DNA of 32,000 bases from Vibrio vulnificus CMCP6 (GTDB taxonomy: Bacteria > Pseudomonadota > Gammaproteobacteria > Enterobacterales > Vibrionaceae), in assembly GCF_000039765.1 (NCBI RefSeq), contig NC_004460.2, positions 300,001 to 332,000 on the forward strand, read 5' to 3'. Below, piece by piece: positions 10,691-18,965 of this stretch. The position numbers were made by a program, and so were the translations under genes. The notes under the pieces were generated by a model, which worked only from the letters and a program-made list of their open reading frames with translations, was not told the DNA's origin and searched no databases. Position 1 is the first letter of the stretch. Every line of letters starts with the position of its first letter.

Positions 10691-10914
10691 TTGGCTTTCT
10701 CCCTGCTTCGTCGCATGACCTTGTGGAGTTCATCATAAACAAAATCGTCGATAGTGAAATGTTTATAAATAGAACTATGCTTACAAAAACAGCACGCCGT
10801 ATGTAGATTGTGTAATAAGTCACATGTTCTAAGCGGATTATTGACATCTAGGCTTGATTCTCTGCATCGCTATCGGCATGATTTAAGATAAATTTTTTAA
10901 GAGTTAGTCATTCC

Positions 10915-11490
10915 ATGAAAAAAGTTGCCATTATCACTCTTTCTGTTTTGCTGTCTGCTTGTGCGTCAGATAACTACGTTGCTAACGTAACGACCGAGAG
11001 CCACCGCGAAGAATTTAAAATTGAACCTATTCCCGAGCCTTTGATGGCACAAGAAGAAACCGTTCAAGAGGTGAGTATTCCGCAGCAAGTGGTTAAAATG
11101 GAGCCACAAACGGAAGAGAAAAAAGTCGTTAAACTCAGCCCTCAGTCCGAAACCACCAAAGCAGTGAAGATAGTCCCGCCGAGCAAAAAGCAACAAGACA
11201 AAATGCAGCGTTTTGGTTACACGGTTCAAGTTGTTGCTGTCGGCTCTCAAGCAAAAGTTGACTACTTTGCTTCTAAACTGCCTAAAGACGGTCAACCTAT
11301 TTGGGAAAACTATAAGATTGTCAATGGTACTAAATGGTTCACAGTATTATATGGTGACTTCGCAACAAGCACTGAAGCAAAGAAAGCCATTGCACAATTG
11401 CCCCAAGAGTTTAAAGAATTGCAGCCTTTTGTAAAAAGCATTGATGCCATCAAAAACTCTGAATACCCAACACTCAACAAACTAAACTAA
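10915..11490 (+). CDS. SPOR-domain lipoprotein
   Basis: Lipobox LLSACAS; C-terminal YTVQVVAVGSQAKVDYFASKLPKDGQPIWENYKIVNGTKWFTVLYGDFATSTEAKKAIAQLP. Confidence 0.8.
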   Translation: MKKVAIITLSVLLSACASDNYVANVTTESHREEFKIEPIPEPLMAQEETVQEVSIPQQVVKMEPQTEEKKVVKLSPQSETTKAVKIVPPSKKQQDKMQRFGYTVQVVAVGSQAKVDYFASKLPKDGQPIWENYKIVNGTKWFTVLYGDFATSTEAKKAIAQLPQEFKELQPFVKSIDAIKNSEYPTLNKLN

Positions 11491-11503
11491 GTGACAACGA
11501 CAT

Positions 11504-11538
11504 AAAAACGAAAGGAGCCTAGCGCTCCTTTCGTTTTT
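11504..11538 (+). terminator. Rho-independent terminator after SPOR gene
   Basis: AAAAACGAAAGGAGC ... GCTCCTTTCGTTTTT hairpin. Confidence 0.8.
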
Positions 11539-11656
11539 GTACAACAACTAGTCATTCAGTGGGTAAAAGCCATTTTTTACCAATAAATGACTGTACGAAT
11601 AGCAAGGTATCGCTATCATTGAGACAGCGTGTCTTCTATCACGGAAAGATTTAACA

Positions 11657-12652
11657 ATGATGAGAAATGTTCTACTTTTATGCGGCGGTGGTTCTTCAGA
11701 ACACGAAATTTCGCTGCTTTCTTCTGAATACCTTCAGCAACAACTTGGCTTAATTGAGAATGTAAATGTCCTAAAGGTTGAGATTAAGAACGAAGGTTGG
11801 TTTGACCAAAAAGAGAGACTTGTGTATCTCGATATCCATACGAAAAGCGTGAAAAGCGATGAGTTTAATGAATCGATACACATCGATTTCATTGTACCTT
11901 GTATTCATGGCTTTCCGGGTGAAACAGGGGATATTCAATCACTTTTTGAGCTTGCAGGTATTCCTTATCTGGGCTGTGGTCCTGAAGCTAGCAGTAACAG
12001 CTTCAATAAAATCACGTCGAAACTATGGTATGACGCGATTGGCATTCCTAACACACCGTATCTTTTCCTAACAGAGAACAACGAAGAGTCTCACCAGCTC
12101 AGTAGAGAGGCATTCGATAAATGGGGCAAACTGTTTGTCAAAGCGGCGAGACAGGGGTCATCTGTTGGTTGTTACAGTGTAACCAAAATAGAGCAGCTTT
12201 CTGATGCCATTGATAAAGCGTTCGGATTCTCTCATCAGGTATTGGTTGAAAAGGCAGTAAAACCAAGAGAATTAGAAGTTTCCGCATATGAGATGAACGG
12301 TCAACTTCATATTTCAAAGCCAGGTGAAATTATTGCTCCAGACGGCGCTTTTTACTCCTACGATGAGAAATACAGTGCGGGTAGCCATTCAATCACAGAA
12401 GTGGAAGCGAAAAACTTAACCGAACAGCAGCTAGCGACGATTCAACTGTGCAGCGAGAAAGTCTTTCGTCAGATGAACCTTCGTCATTTGTCTCGAATCG
12501 ATTTCTTCTTAACCAGTGAAGGAGAGATCTACCTTAATGAAGTGAATACCTTTCCTGGAATGACAAAAATTTCCATGTTCCCCAAAATGCTCCAACACAA
12601 TGGACATAAGTTTCATGAATTCCTAGCGGACTGCATTGAACGCTCACTTTAA
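11657..12652 (+). CDS. ddl: D-alanine--D-alanine ligase
   Basis: 331 aa; LLCGGGSSEHEISLLSSEYL ... GLAGIPYLGCG-like motif, VKAARQGSSVG, FFLTSEGEIYLNEVNTFPGMT. Confidence 0.92.
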   Translation: MMRNVLLLCGGGSSEHEISLLSSEYLQQQLGLIENVNVLKVEIKNEGWFDQKERLVYLDIHTKSVKSDEFNESIHIDFIVPCIHGFPGETGDIQSLFELAGIPYLGCGPEASSNSFNKITSKLWYDAIGIPNTPYLFLTENNEESHQLSREAFDKWGKLFVKAARQGSSVGCYSVTKIEQLSDAIDKAFGFSHQVLVEKAVKPRELEVSAYEMNGQLHISKPGEIIAPDGAFYSYDEKYSAGSHSITEVEAKNLTEQQLATIQLCSEKVFRQMNLRHLSRIDFFLTSEGEIYLNEVNTFPGMTKISMFPKMLQHNGHKFHEFLADCIERSL

Positions 12653-12948
12653 GCATTAAAGAAAATCGGCGCTTTTAACATTGTTTTTCAACAAAAAGCG
12701 CCGTTTTATAATCAGTAAATCATGGGAATTCAATTATCTAATCCGTCATTCTTTTTACGAAATAGCACCTTAAAAACCAGACAATACACCTACTAATATG
12801 TGATTGATTGAAGAGTATCTTCATGGTGGAAAAGGTTTTTTTTCATTTCATTGCACCAAAGCACGCTATTATAAGAATTTTATACTTGCTAAGCGTCTGA
12901 TTACTATTATGATTATAGTAAGACTTAATTAATAGATGATTCAGTTAC

Positions 12949-13323
12949 ATGGCTATATCTCATTACCGTGGTTTTAACTTACAGTCTGCACCAAATGATA
13001 CGAACATCTGGCAAGTAAAGATTAAGAATCGAGTGCTTCAAGGAAGCTTAAGTGCAGTGAAAAAGAGCATTGATTGGTGGTGCGATACTGCATCGATCAT
13101 TGATCCTAGAGAGTTTTCTTCGCTTGACAGAAAGCAAGAAGCGACAGGCTCTCCTCAGGCAGAAAACTTTAATGGTTTTGCCATTAAAAACGATACAGGT
13201 GAACCAAACGCTTGGTATTGTTTCTTTAATGGCAAACTCATTAAAGGTTCCAAAGCGGCTATTCAGCGACATATAGAAGCTTATTTGATCGCGAAACAAA
13301 AGGCCGAACAACAGAAGAAATAG
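12949..13323 (+). CDS. DUF3319-like hypothetical protein
   Basis: 124 aa, MAISHYRGFNLQSAPNDTNIWQVKIKNRVLQGS; position next to yciH-like gene. Confidence 0.55.
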   Translation: MAISHYRGFNLQSAPNDTNIWQVKIKNRVLQGSLSAVKKSIDWWCDTASIIDPREFSSLDRKQEATGSPQAENFNGFAIKNDTGEPNAWYCFFNGKLIKGSKAAIQRHIEAYLIAKQKAEQQKK

Positions 13324-13325
13324 TA

Positions 13326-13637
13326 ATGACTCTTGTATATTCAACAGAAACAGGCCGAATCAAACCAGAAGAACCTAAAGCTTCGCGCCCAAAAGGCGAT
13401 GGTATTGTTCGAATTCAGCGAGAAACCAAAGGCCGAAAAGGCAAAGGGGTTTGCGTTGTCACTGGCTTGGATCTCGATGATGCTCCATTGAAGCTTCTCG
13501 CCGCAGAGTTGAAGAAAATCTGTGGTTGTGGTGGTAGTGTTAAAGATGGCAACATAGAGATTCAAGGTGATGCTCGTGACAAAATCAAAACGCATCTTGA
13601 AAAAAAAGGCATGAAAGTAAAATTTGCCGGCGGTTAA
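13326..13637 (+). CDS. yciH: SUI1/eIF1-family translation initiation factor-like protein (YciH)
   Basis: RIQRETKGRKGKGVCVVTGLDLDDAPLKLLAAELKKICGCGGSVKDGNIEIQGDARDKIKTHLEKKG. Confidence 0.92.
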   Translation: MTLVYSTETGRIKPEEPKASRPKGDGIVRIQRETKGRKGKGVCVVTGLDLDDAPLKLLAAELKKICGCGGSVKDGNIEIQGDARDKIKTHLEKKGMKVKFAGG

Positions 13638-13641
13638 TTTC

Positions 13642-13667
13642 AAAGGAGCTTTCAAAGCTCCTTTTTT
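13642..13667 (+). terminator. Rho-independent terminator after yciH
   Basis: AAAGGAGCTTT-C-AAAGCTCCTTT followed by TTT. Confidence 0.8.
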
Positions 13668-13952
13668 AATCTCGTTCAAAGTAAGCAGTTCACATTAAAC
13701 GACATAATGAATCAGCAATCGAAGCAACCAATATAGAACCTTAAATCTTTGATTAATAAGGTTCTATATTAGGTATTTTATGGTAAATCAGAATACTGTT
13801 AAATATGCATACTCTTATGAACCTAACAAAAACCTAGAAACACCAACACATGAAGTTAGCGTAGACCTATAACTCACAATAGGCAAGTGATTGGAAAGCA
13901 GGGTAAGTGATTGAAATAGATCTACTTATGAACTTAACTAAAAACCCGATTT

Positions 13953-13980
13953 ATTTAACATAACGTACATAATGCGCACC
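13953..13980 (-). other. dif: attL: 28-bp XerCD/dif-type site (dif-like, left prophage boundary)
   Basis: Minus strand GGTGCGCATTA-TGTACG-TTATGTTAAAT; 11-6-11 layout, Vibrio dif-like with canonical XerD arm. Confidence 0.88.
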
Positions 13981-14110
13981 AAAGCATTGGTTTTTAACAT
14001 TTCAAATATTTATCGAAATCCCGCAAATTTTATCCAGCTAAAACAATCACATAATACAACATATTGCATTGTAAAACCGTTTCGTTATCTCAAGTTATTA
14101 AGGCTGCACT

Positions 14111-14239
14111 ATGAAAAGAAATGAACAAAATAATTCTTTTCGTCATTTGATAGCCCTTGGCAATCAAAACCCCTCGCAGCAATCGAAAATAACCATTAAT
14201 AACGCTGATAATTTGAGAGGTTTATCACATGGATTTTGA
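14111..14239 (+). CDS. Putative 42-aa small protein upstream of and overlapping the HTH regulator gene
   Basis: ATG-initiated MKRNEQNNSFRHLIALGNQNPSQQSKITINNADNLRGLSHGF*; not in track. Confidence 0.4.
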   Translation: MKRNEQNNSFRHLIALGNQNPSQQSKITINNADNLRGLSHGF

Positions 14240-14651
14240 AGCCTTTAACGTCTTATTCTGGCGAGTGTTTCCAAGTATCAAAGCTGGCGCGGAATACTTC
14301 CACGTTCAACCCGCGACCGTTCGCCGCTGGCTTTCGGGCTCGATACCCATCAACCCAATGGCTGAAAAGCTGGTAATCATCAAATCCCTTGGCTATTTAC
14401 CTAATGATATTCGCTGGCGTGGCTTTCGTATTGATGAAGCCCGCGCGGTACTCATTACCCCTAGCGGGCGCGAGTTTTCGCCCAAAGAGTTGGAAGCCTT
14501 CGCCTATCAAAAAGACGAGTATCAACACTTTCTTGAGCAATACGAACGGCCACAAAGCCCCAAATATTACCCCGCAAAAGAGAACATTTTACCCTTTAAA
14601 GGCGGTCGCCGGATGACTGCCGCGCCTTGGATACCAAGCAAATTGAAGTAA
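14229..14651 (+). CDS. Phage HTH regulator-like protein (DUF3653-like)
   Basis: 140 aa; IKAGAEYFHVQPATVRRWLSGSIPINPMAEKLVII resembles an HTH; opposite strand to the late genes. Confidence 0.6.
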   Translation: MDFEAFNVLFWRVFPSIKAGAEYFHVQPATVRRWLSGSIPINPMAEKLVIIKSLGYLPNDIRWRGFRIDEARAVLITPSGREFSPKELEAFAYQKDEYQHFLEQYERPQSPKYYPAKENILPFKGGRRMTAAPWIPSKLK

Positions 14652-14652
14652 C

Positions 14653-14681
14653 AAAAAGGCCGCAATTAAGCGGCCTTTTTT
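14653..14681. terminator. Bidirectional terminator between convergent regulator and 113-aa gene
   Basis: AAAAAGGCCGC-AATTAA-GCGGCCTTTTTT. Confidence 0.85.
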
Positions 14682-14703
14682 CATCCAGTTTTTCAAGTAA
14701 CTA

Positions 14704-15045
14704 TCAACCCCAAGCTCTCAATGCTTCATCATTCAATAACTCTGCGTGGTTTCCTATGATTGTTAAATGAATATGGGCTGCTGTGCTGTCTAATTGAACT
14801 CCATTATCACCAACCTTTAGAGCCCAAGACTCTAAATCGAACTTGTTTTTTAATCGGTGGATAAACAGATAAGCTGTACCTGGCTGAATGTATTGTGTGC
14901 TGTACGTTACATCAACAAAGCCTTTGGTATTAAGTTCATCAACGTTACTTTTTATAAAATATTCTATTTCGTTTTGAATCTCTTCAGCTTGACCCAAAAA
15001 AAAGTCTGTGGCGTTTCTTAACATAGCATTACTCCTTTTAATCAT
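14704..15045 (-). CDS. Hypothetical protein, possible accessory (moron) gene at the prophage left end
   Basis: 113-aa ORF (MIKRSNAMLRNATDFFLGQAEEIQNEIEYFIKSNVDELN...) flanked by two hairpin terminators. Confidence 0.6.
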   Translation of the reverse strand: MIKRSNAMLRNATDFFLGQAEEIQNEIEYFIKSNVDELNTKGFVDVTYSTQYIQPGTAYLFIHRLKNKFDLESWALKVGDNGVQLDSTAAHIHLTIIGNHAELLNDEALRAWG

Positions 15046-15097
15046 CGCTATAAGCTTAGATATGGGGGTCTTAGCAATGAAAGCAACTGCATAAAGA

Positions 15098-15126
15098 AAA
15101 AAACCGCAATTATGCGGTTTTTTTTT
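15098..15126 (-). terminator. Terminator of late operon; overlaps 3' end of 15110-15322 gene
   Basis: Minus strand AAAAAAAAACCGCA-TAAT-TGCGGTTTTTTT; stop codon lies at the loop. Confidence 0.8.
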
Positions 15127-15256
15127 CTAGCTCTGTGATTCGGCTATCCAGCTTTTCGAGTGTGAGCTTTATCCAAGCTATATCGACACGCAGCGCAACC
15201 ACCGTTGCAATACTGGACGCCGCACCCGTCACCACGGCAATTATGATTGTTTCCAT
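15110..15256 (-). CDS. Small TM plus coiled-coil protein, putative lysis accessory (track gives longer start 15322; METIIIAVV start preferred)
   Basis: METIIIAVVTGAASSIATVVALRVDIAWIKLTLEKLDSRITELEKKTA. Confidence 0.6.
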   Translation of the reverse strand: METIIIAVVTGAASSIATVVALRVDIAWIKLTLEKLDSRITELEKKTA

Positions 15257-15456
15257 TCCTTGCGCACCGTTTCCCACAAACCCAACATAAGGGGAACGGT
15301 TGTACCAATCAATCCGCCCCATTGAATACCCGCTTCGCTCACGCTGGCGGTGATCAATTCAGGGCGACCTATCGCCAGCGTTGCCCCCGCTGCGACCAGT
15401 GCCAAGCCTTTTTTGGTTGAAGGCTCTTTTAGTCGCTCTTTAATCCATTTTTCCAT
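15241..15456 (-). CDS. Putative holin-like small membrane protein
   Basis: 71 aa; KKGLALVAAGATLAIGRPELITASVSEAGIQWGGLIGTTVPLMLGLWETVRKEWKQS: hydrophobic segments, basic C-terminus. Confidence 0.6.
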   Translation of the reverse strand: MEKWIKERLKEPSTKKGLALVAAGATLAIGRPELITASVSEAGIQWGGLIGTTVPLMLGLWETVRKEWKQS

Positions 15457-15459
15457 GGT

Positions 15460-15822
15460 TCACCTATCCATTAACTGATTTGTTATAGCCACATTGACCA
15501 GCGCGTGATATTGCGGTTTAAGCTGACCGCCACGCTTGCCAAAGAGTTCTTTTAAATACGGTTGATATTGGGCCACTTTCCACAAGGTAAAATCGGCCTC
15601 TGGCGTTAATCGCTTTTCATCGTCCAGATAGAAATCGCGAATCATGAGCGGGGCCAGTTCAACGGGTTCCCACCCGTTAAACTTGGCTAAAAAATCGCTC
15701 AATACCTTGCCCGCCGTTTGGGTATTGTCTGCCGTCCATTTATCAAGTGACGCGGTCACACTGCCCCGCATCGCCCAGACTGCCACGGCAACCCCCATCA
15801 ACCACCACGCCGCGCGGCTCAT
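15460..15822 (-). CDS. Hypothetical membrane-anchored prophage protein (120 aa; track start 15945 is probably too long)
   Basis: MSRAAWWLMGVAVAVWAMRGSVTASLDKW...; its ATG overlaps the stop of a 33-aa ORF (ATGA). Confidence 0.65.
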   Translation of the reverse strand: MSRAAWWLMGVAVAVWAMRGSVTASLDKWTADNTQTAGKVLSDFLAKFNGWEPVELAPLMIRDFYLDDEKRLTPEADFTLWKVAQYQPYLKELFGKRGGQLKPQYHALVNVAITNQLMDR

Positions 15823-15920
15823 AGCTTGCCCGCTTGATTTAACTTGCTTACCACCATTGCACCAAGCACCGTGCCAATGACACTCACCGCAATATTGATT
15901 GCTATCATTTTGCCATTCAT
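15819..15920 (-). CDS. 33-aa single-TM protein
   Basis: MNGKMIAINIAVSVIGTVLGAMVVSKLNQAGKL*; ATGA overlaps on both sides (with muramidase gene stop at 15917 and next gene start at 15822). Confidence 0.6.
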   Translation of the reverse strand: MNGKMIAINIAVSVIGTVLGAMVVSKLNQAGKL

Positions 15921-16402
15921 GCCAGCGCCACCCCTTGGCGGGCATCGTCTAGGGTGTACCACCCGCGCCCGACTTCCATTACCGACATGGCATAGACAAT
16001 GCTTGCCAACAATGCGTTATCAGAAAGGTTAACTTGCGCATCCGGTGATACGCCCACTTGCGCCGCGACAAATTCCGCATAGTTGTCACTTTTGTTTTCA
16101 TTGCTTGGCGCAAAGCGGTGAATCAACTCACGAATGGAGTTCAAGCCGTGTTTGTTTTGATATGTTCGCAGCGTTCGAGCGCCAGCGCGAAAGCCGTACT
16201 TTGGCGCGCTAAAGGTTTCGAAACGCTTATCCACCGAGGGCGTTACCTTGCCTAACCAGTTATTCGAGCGGTTTTGCTCGATGTTTAACGGGTTATTGGC
16301 ACGGACGCCGCGCGGCTTAGTGAGATCAACTAAGTTTGATTTGCTGTTTTTCACGATTACCCCCAAAGCCAGCAAAGATAAAACAACCACCGCAACTTTC
16401 AT
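15917..16402 (-). CDS. Virion-associated/lytic muramidase or transglycosylase-like protein
   Basis: RGVRANNPLNIEQNRSNNWLGK...FETFSAPKYGFRAGARTLRTYQNKHGLNSIRELIHRFAPSNENKSDNYAEFVAAQVGV, with N-terminal TM segment. Confidence 0.75.
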   Translation of the reverse strand: MKVAVVVLSLLALGVIVKNSKSNLVDLTKPRGVRANNPLNIEQNRSNNWLGKVTPSVDKRFETFSAPKYGFRAGARTLRTYQNKHGLNSIRELIHRFAPSNENKSDNYAEFVAAQVGVSPDAQVNLSDNALLASIVYAMSVMEVGRGWYTLDDARQGVALA

Positions 16403-16405
16403 TGC

Positions 16406-17038
16406 TTATTCACCTTGTGGTAATGACTTGTAACTTTCCGGTAAATCGTTTTCCATCGCTTCGCCATAATAGAAAATGGTTCCCGAAATTCTTGTGCATG
16501 TAAAACCAGACGCCGCGCTTGCGATTATTTTCGTTGGTTCGCTTAGCATAGGGTGAGGGTCTGCCGGATTGCCCCACGTCATAAGGCCAAGCGAAGTAAA
16601 ACCGCTACATTTCAAACGCGCGCCCCCGCCTACATCATCCAAGCGTGGCAACTTTTGAAGCTCTCCCAATTGCGCCGAAGCCCAATACAATGCACCAGCA
16701 CGGGCCACGCTTGGGTCGCCTGTTACCCAAACATCCAGATTTACAAAGAGGTTTAGAACGGGCTCATTCACATACGGCGATGAACCTTCATAATTTTTTG
16801 ACAACTTGGCCAACGATATTTTTTTCATTTCGTTACTTGAGCCAGTGCCTACAATCAGCGATTCCATACCCTGCGAAATTAGAATTGCTTCCGCAACTTC
16901 CAACTCTCCGCTTGCCCCTACTTTAAAGGGCAGCACTACAGGCCCGCCGCCCCCGACGTTTTCAAGCGCCTTTTCGACAGATTCGGCCAACGCTTTTAGC
17001 TTGTTTTCCGTGTTTCCATTGCCTAAATCAAAAGCCAT
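16406..17038 (-). CDS. Putative structural (vertex/spike-associated) protein
   Basis: 210-aa ORF in the structural block, glycine-rich linker VGGGGP; assignment by position only. Confidence 0.45.
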   Translation of the reverse strand: MAFDLGNGNTENKLKALAESVEKALENVGGGGPVVLPFKVGASGELEVAEAILISQGMESLIVGTGSSNEMKKISLAKLSKNYEGSSPYVNEPVLNLFVNLDVWVTGDPSVARAGALYWASAQLGELQKLPRLDDVGGGARLKCSGFTSLGLMTWGNPADPHPMLSEPTKIIASAASGFTCTRISGTIFYYGEAMENDLPESYKSLPQGE

Positions 17039-17041
17039 GCT

Positions 17042-17749
17042 TTAAATCTCCAATACCGCAATGCTGTTTGCTGCATCGCCTGTTAACTGAATTTCGGCGG
17101 TTGTCTCAAGCTCCAGCTTTTCGCCCGCCTCTAACGGATATGCGCCCGCCACCGTCACCGCCGCCGTGTTACCGCTTAGCGCTTTAATGGTGATTTTCTT
17201 GCGCCCTGCGTTGGCCGGAATGGTGTAAGGCATCGCATGAACGCCCGCCGCCAGTGAAGCCGATTTTTTCAGCTCGACCGCTGGCAAGCTGGACACACCG
17301 ACCGATTGGCCCGCCGCGATGGTCATTGCTGGAATACTCGAAACGTCTAGCGATTGGCCCGCCGCCAGTTGCATTTCTGGCAAGCTGGATACCTTAACCG
17401 TTTGATTTGCTGCCAACTCGACCGCTGGCAAGCTCGATACGTCCACCGTTGGCAATGCGGAAACTTCCACCGCTGGCAGCTCTGACACGGCTACCGTGTC
17501 ACGTTGTGGCGGCACGTATTCACCAAAGCCAACTTTTAGCTTTACATCCCCTTCAACGCCGCGATTTTCGACCGTCACCACCCCCGCCAAGCGTTCGCTT
17601 TTGACTTGCGCCCCTTGCGTTAACACGTAGTAACCGCCGCTTTGCGTAGTGATAAGCAGCTCACCCGCTGCTTTTTCCACGAAAAGAAAGTCACCAATTG
17701 CGGTAAAGTTATCGCGCGCACCTGTTAACATTCGTTTTTCAAAGCTCAT
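17042..17749 (-). CDS. Putative spike/vertex protein with internal VSSLPAVEL-type repeats
   Basis: 235 aa; repeated VSELPAVEVSALPTVDVSSLPAVELAANQTVKVSSLPEMQLAAGQSLDVSSIPAMTIAAGQSVGVSSLPAVEL. Confidence 0.55.
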   Translation of the reverse strand: MSFEKRMLTGARDNFTAIGDFLFVEKAAGELLITTQSGGYYVLTQGAQVKSERLAGVVTVENRGVEGDVKLKVGFGEYVPPQRDTVAVSELPAVEVSALPTVDVSSLPAVELAANQTVKVSSLPEMQLAAGQSLDVSSIPAMTIAAGQSVGVSSLPAVELKKSASLAAGVHAMPYTIPANAGRKKITIKALSGNTAAVTVAGAYPLEAGEKLELETTAEIQLTGDAANSIAVLEI

Positions 17750-17753
17750 TTGA

Positions 17754-18224
17754 TTAACTCCGTGTCATTAGGTACGCAATGGAGATAGCCGCGAACGCGC
17801 CAATGGCAAGCTTTTTGGTTAACTCCGCATCTTCACGCTGTTCATTGGCTCCGTTGTCTTGTTTGAACTTCGCCAACTCCATCACCGCATTGAGATTTTC
17901 CGCATTTTGCGCGGCCTGACTGCCTGCAAGCCCCGCCATCATCGACAAGTTTTCCGAGTTGGTCGCGCTGTAGGTTTTGAGCGCATCCTTTGAAAAATCC
18001 GTCACACTCTTAACGGCATCCCCCGCCACACTTCCAAGCGTGGTCATGGACAACTCCGCAAGACTTCCCGCCGCCTCAATCGCACCGTGGTCAGTTGCGG
18101 TTACGTTGAGCGTTGAGTTGTTAATCCCACTAATCGCGGTTCCAAGGTTGTCGCCGCTAATGGCGTTTTGACCTGAGTTATTACTCGTGGTCGTGGTGTT
18201 CTTAGAACTTGATTTACCACCCAT
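17754..18224 (-). CDS. Putative prophage structural protein, Ser/Asn-rich N-terminus, C-terminal TM
   Basis: 156 aa; MGGKSSSKNTTTTSNNSGQNAISGDNLGTAISG...LTKKLAIGAFAAISIAYLMTRS. Confidence 0.5.
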   Translation of the reverse strand: MGGKSSSKNTTTTSNNSGQNAISGDNLGTAISGINNSTLNVTATDHGAIEAAGSLAELSMTTLGSVAGDAVKSVTDFSKDALKTYSATNSENLSMMAGLAGSQAAQNAENLNAVMELAKFKQDNGANEQREDAELTKKLAIGAFAAISIAYLMTRS

Positions 18225-18228
18225 ATTT

Positions 18229-18600
18229 TTAAACTCGCATTGTCAGCGCGGTCACTTCTTCGCTTGGCTGCTTCTCGTTGGTGTGCAAAGGCTTTACCAA
18301 CCGAGCCAGCGCGGGAAAATAGGTTTCAGCGCTGATACTGTTTAAACCCAATCGGCGCACAACGGGCGCGAGCTCTTGCATGGCTTTCACGACGCCAACC
18401 CCCGACACTCCCCACAAAAAATAGGAATCGCCGACAATCTCCCCCGCAATCGTGACGTCATACCCTTCACCGTGTATTTGGTAGAGGCTGACATTGCCCG
18501 CCGACACTTCACCCTTTAAGGCTTCGAAGTCTTGCGGGCATTTTCTAAACGCCACTTTGAGCCGTTCCAGCGCGCCCGCTGGCTCCGCTAACTGAATCAT
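18229..18600 (-). CDS. Hypothetical prophage protein
   Basis: 123-aa ORF with ATGA overlap to upstream gene. Confidence 0.55.
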   Translation of the reverse strand: MIQLAEPAGALERLKVAFRKCPQDFEALKGEVSAGNVSLYQIHGEGYDVTIAGEIVGDSYFLWGVSGVGVVKAMQELAPVVRRLGLNSISAETYFPALARLVKPLHTNEKQPSEEVTALTMRV

Positions 18601-18806
18601 TTTCGATTCATCATCATGAACGCCAACGCCAAGACCACGCCGCCAATCAATAACGGACTTACCCCCGTAGGGCTTCCCATATTAATCGCGCCGACACTTT
18701 GGCCGCTGTTGTTGGTACTGGTTGCGGTTGACGGGCCAGCATCGCCGCCACTAATTGGCATTGAACCGCTATTCGTCAACCCGCCGCCGATAAGAGAACC
18801 CAACAT
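18597..18806 (-). CDS. Small membrane structural protein
   Basis: 69 aa; Gly/Ser-rich N-terminus and C-terminal TM VSPLLIGGVVLALAFMMMNRK. Confidence 0.6.
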   Translation of the reverse strand: MLGSLIGGGLTNSGSMPISGGDAGPSTATSTNNSGQSVGAINMGSPTGVSPLLIGGVVLALAFMMMNRK

Positions 18807-18959
18807 TTACGCCCCCTTCACTGCGTGTTTATAAACCAGATAACCGCCGCCCACTAAAGCGGCCCCCATGACTAACTTTTTTGTTGTGCTTCCGGTGAAA
18901 TAGCCCGCACCAAAGCCCGCCGCCGCACCGATAAGTGGATATAAAATAAAAGGCATCAT
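18807..18959 (-). CDS. 50-aa glycine-rich membrane protein (absent from track)
   Basis: MMPFILYPLIGAAAGFGAGYFTGSTTKKLVMGAALVGGGYLVYKHAVKGA*; fills the gap exactly between 18806 and 18966. Confidence 0.7.
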   Translation of the reverse strand: MMPFILYPLIGAAAGFGAGYFTGSTTKKLVMGAALVGGGYLVYKHAVKGA

Positions 18960-18965
18960 TCCCCC

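Noticed and set aside
15460-15945. 161-aa ORF beginning MPAKGWRWHEWQNDSNQYCGECHWHGAWCNGGKQ
   Set aside because: The upstream part is an out-of-frame reading of the 33-aa TM ORF and muramidase end; the MSRAAWW start at 15822 is preferred.
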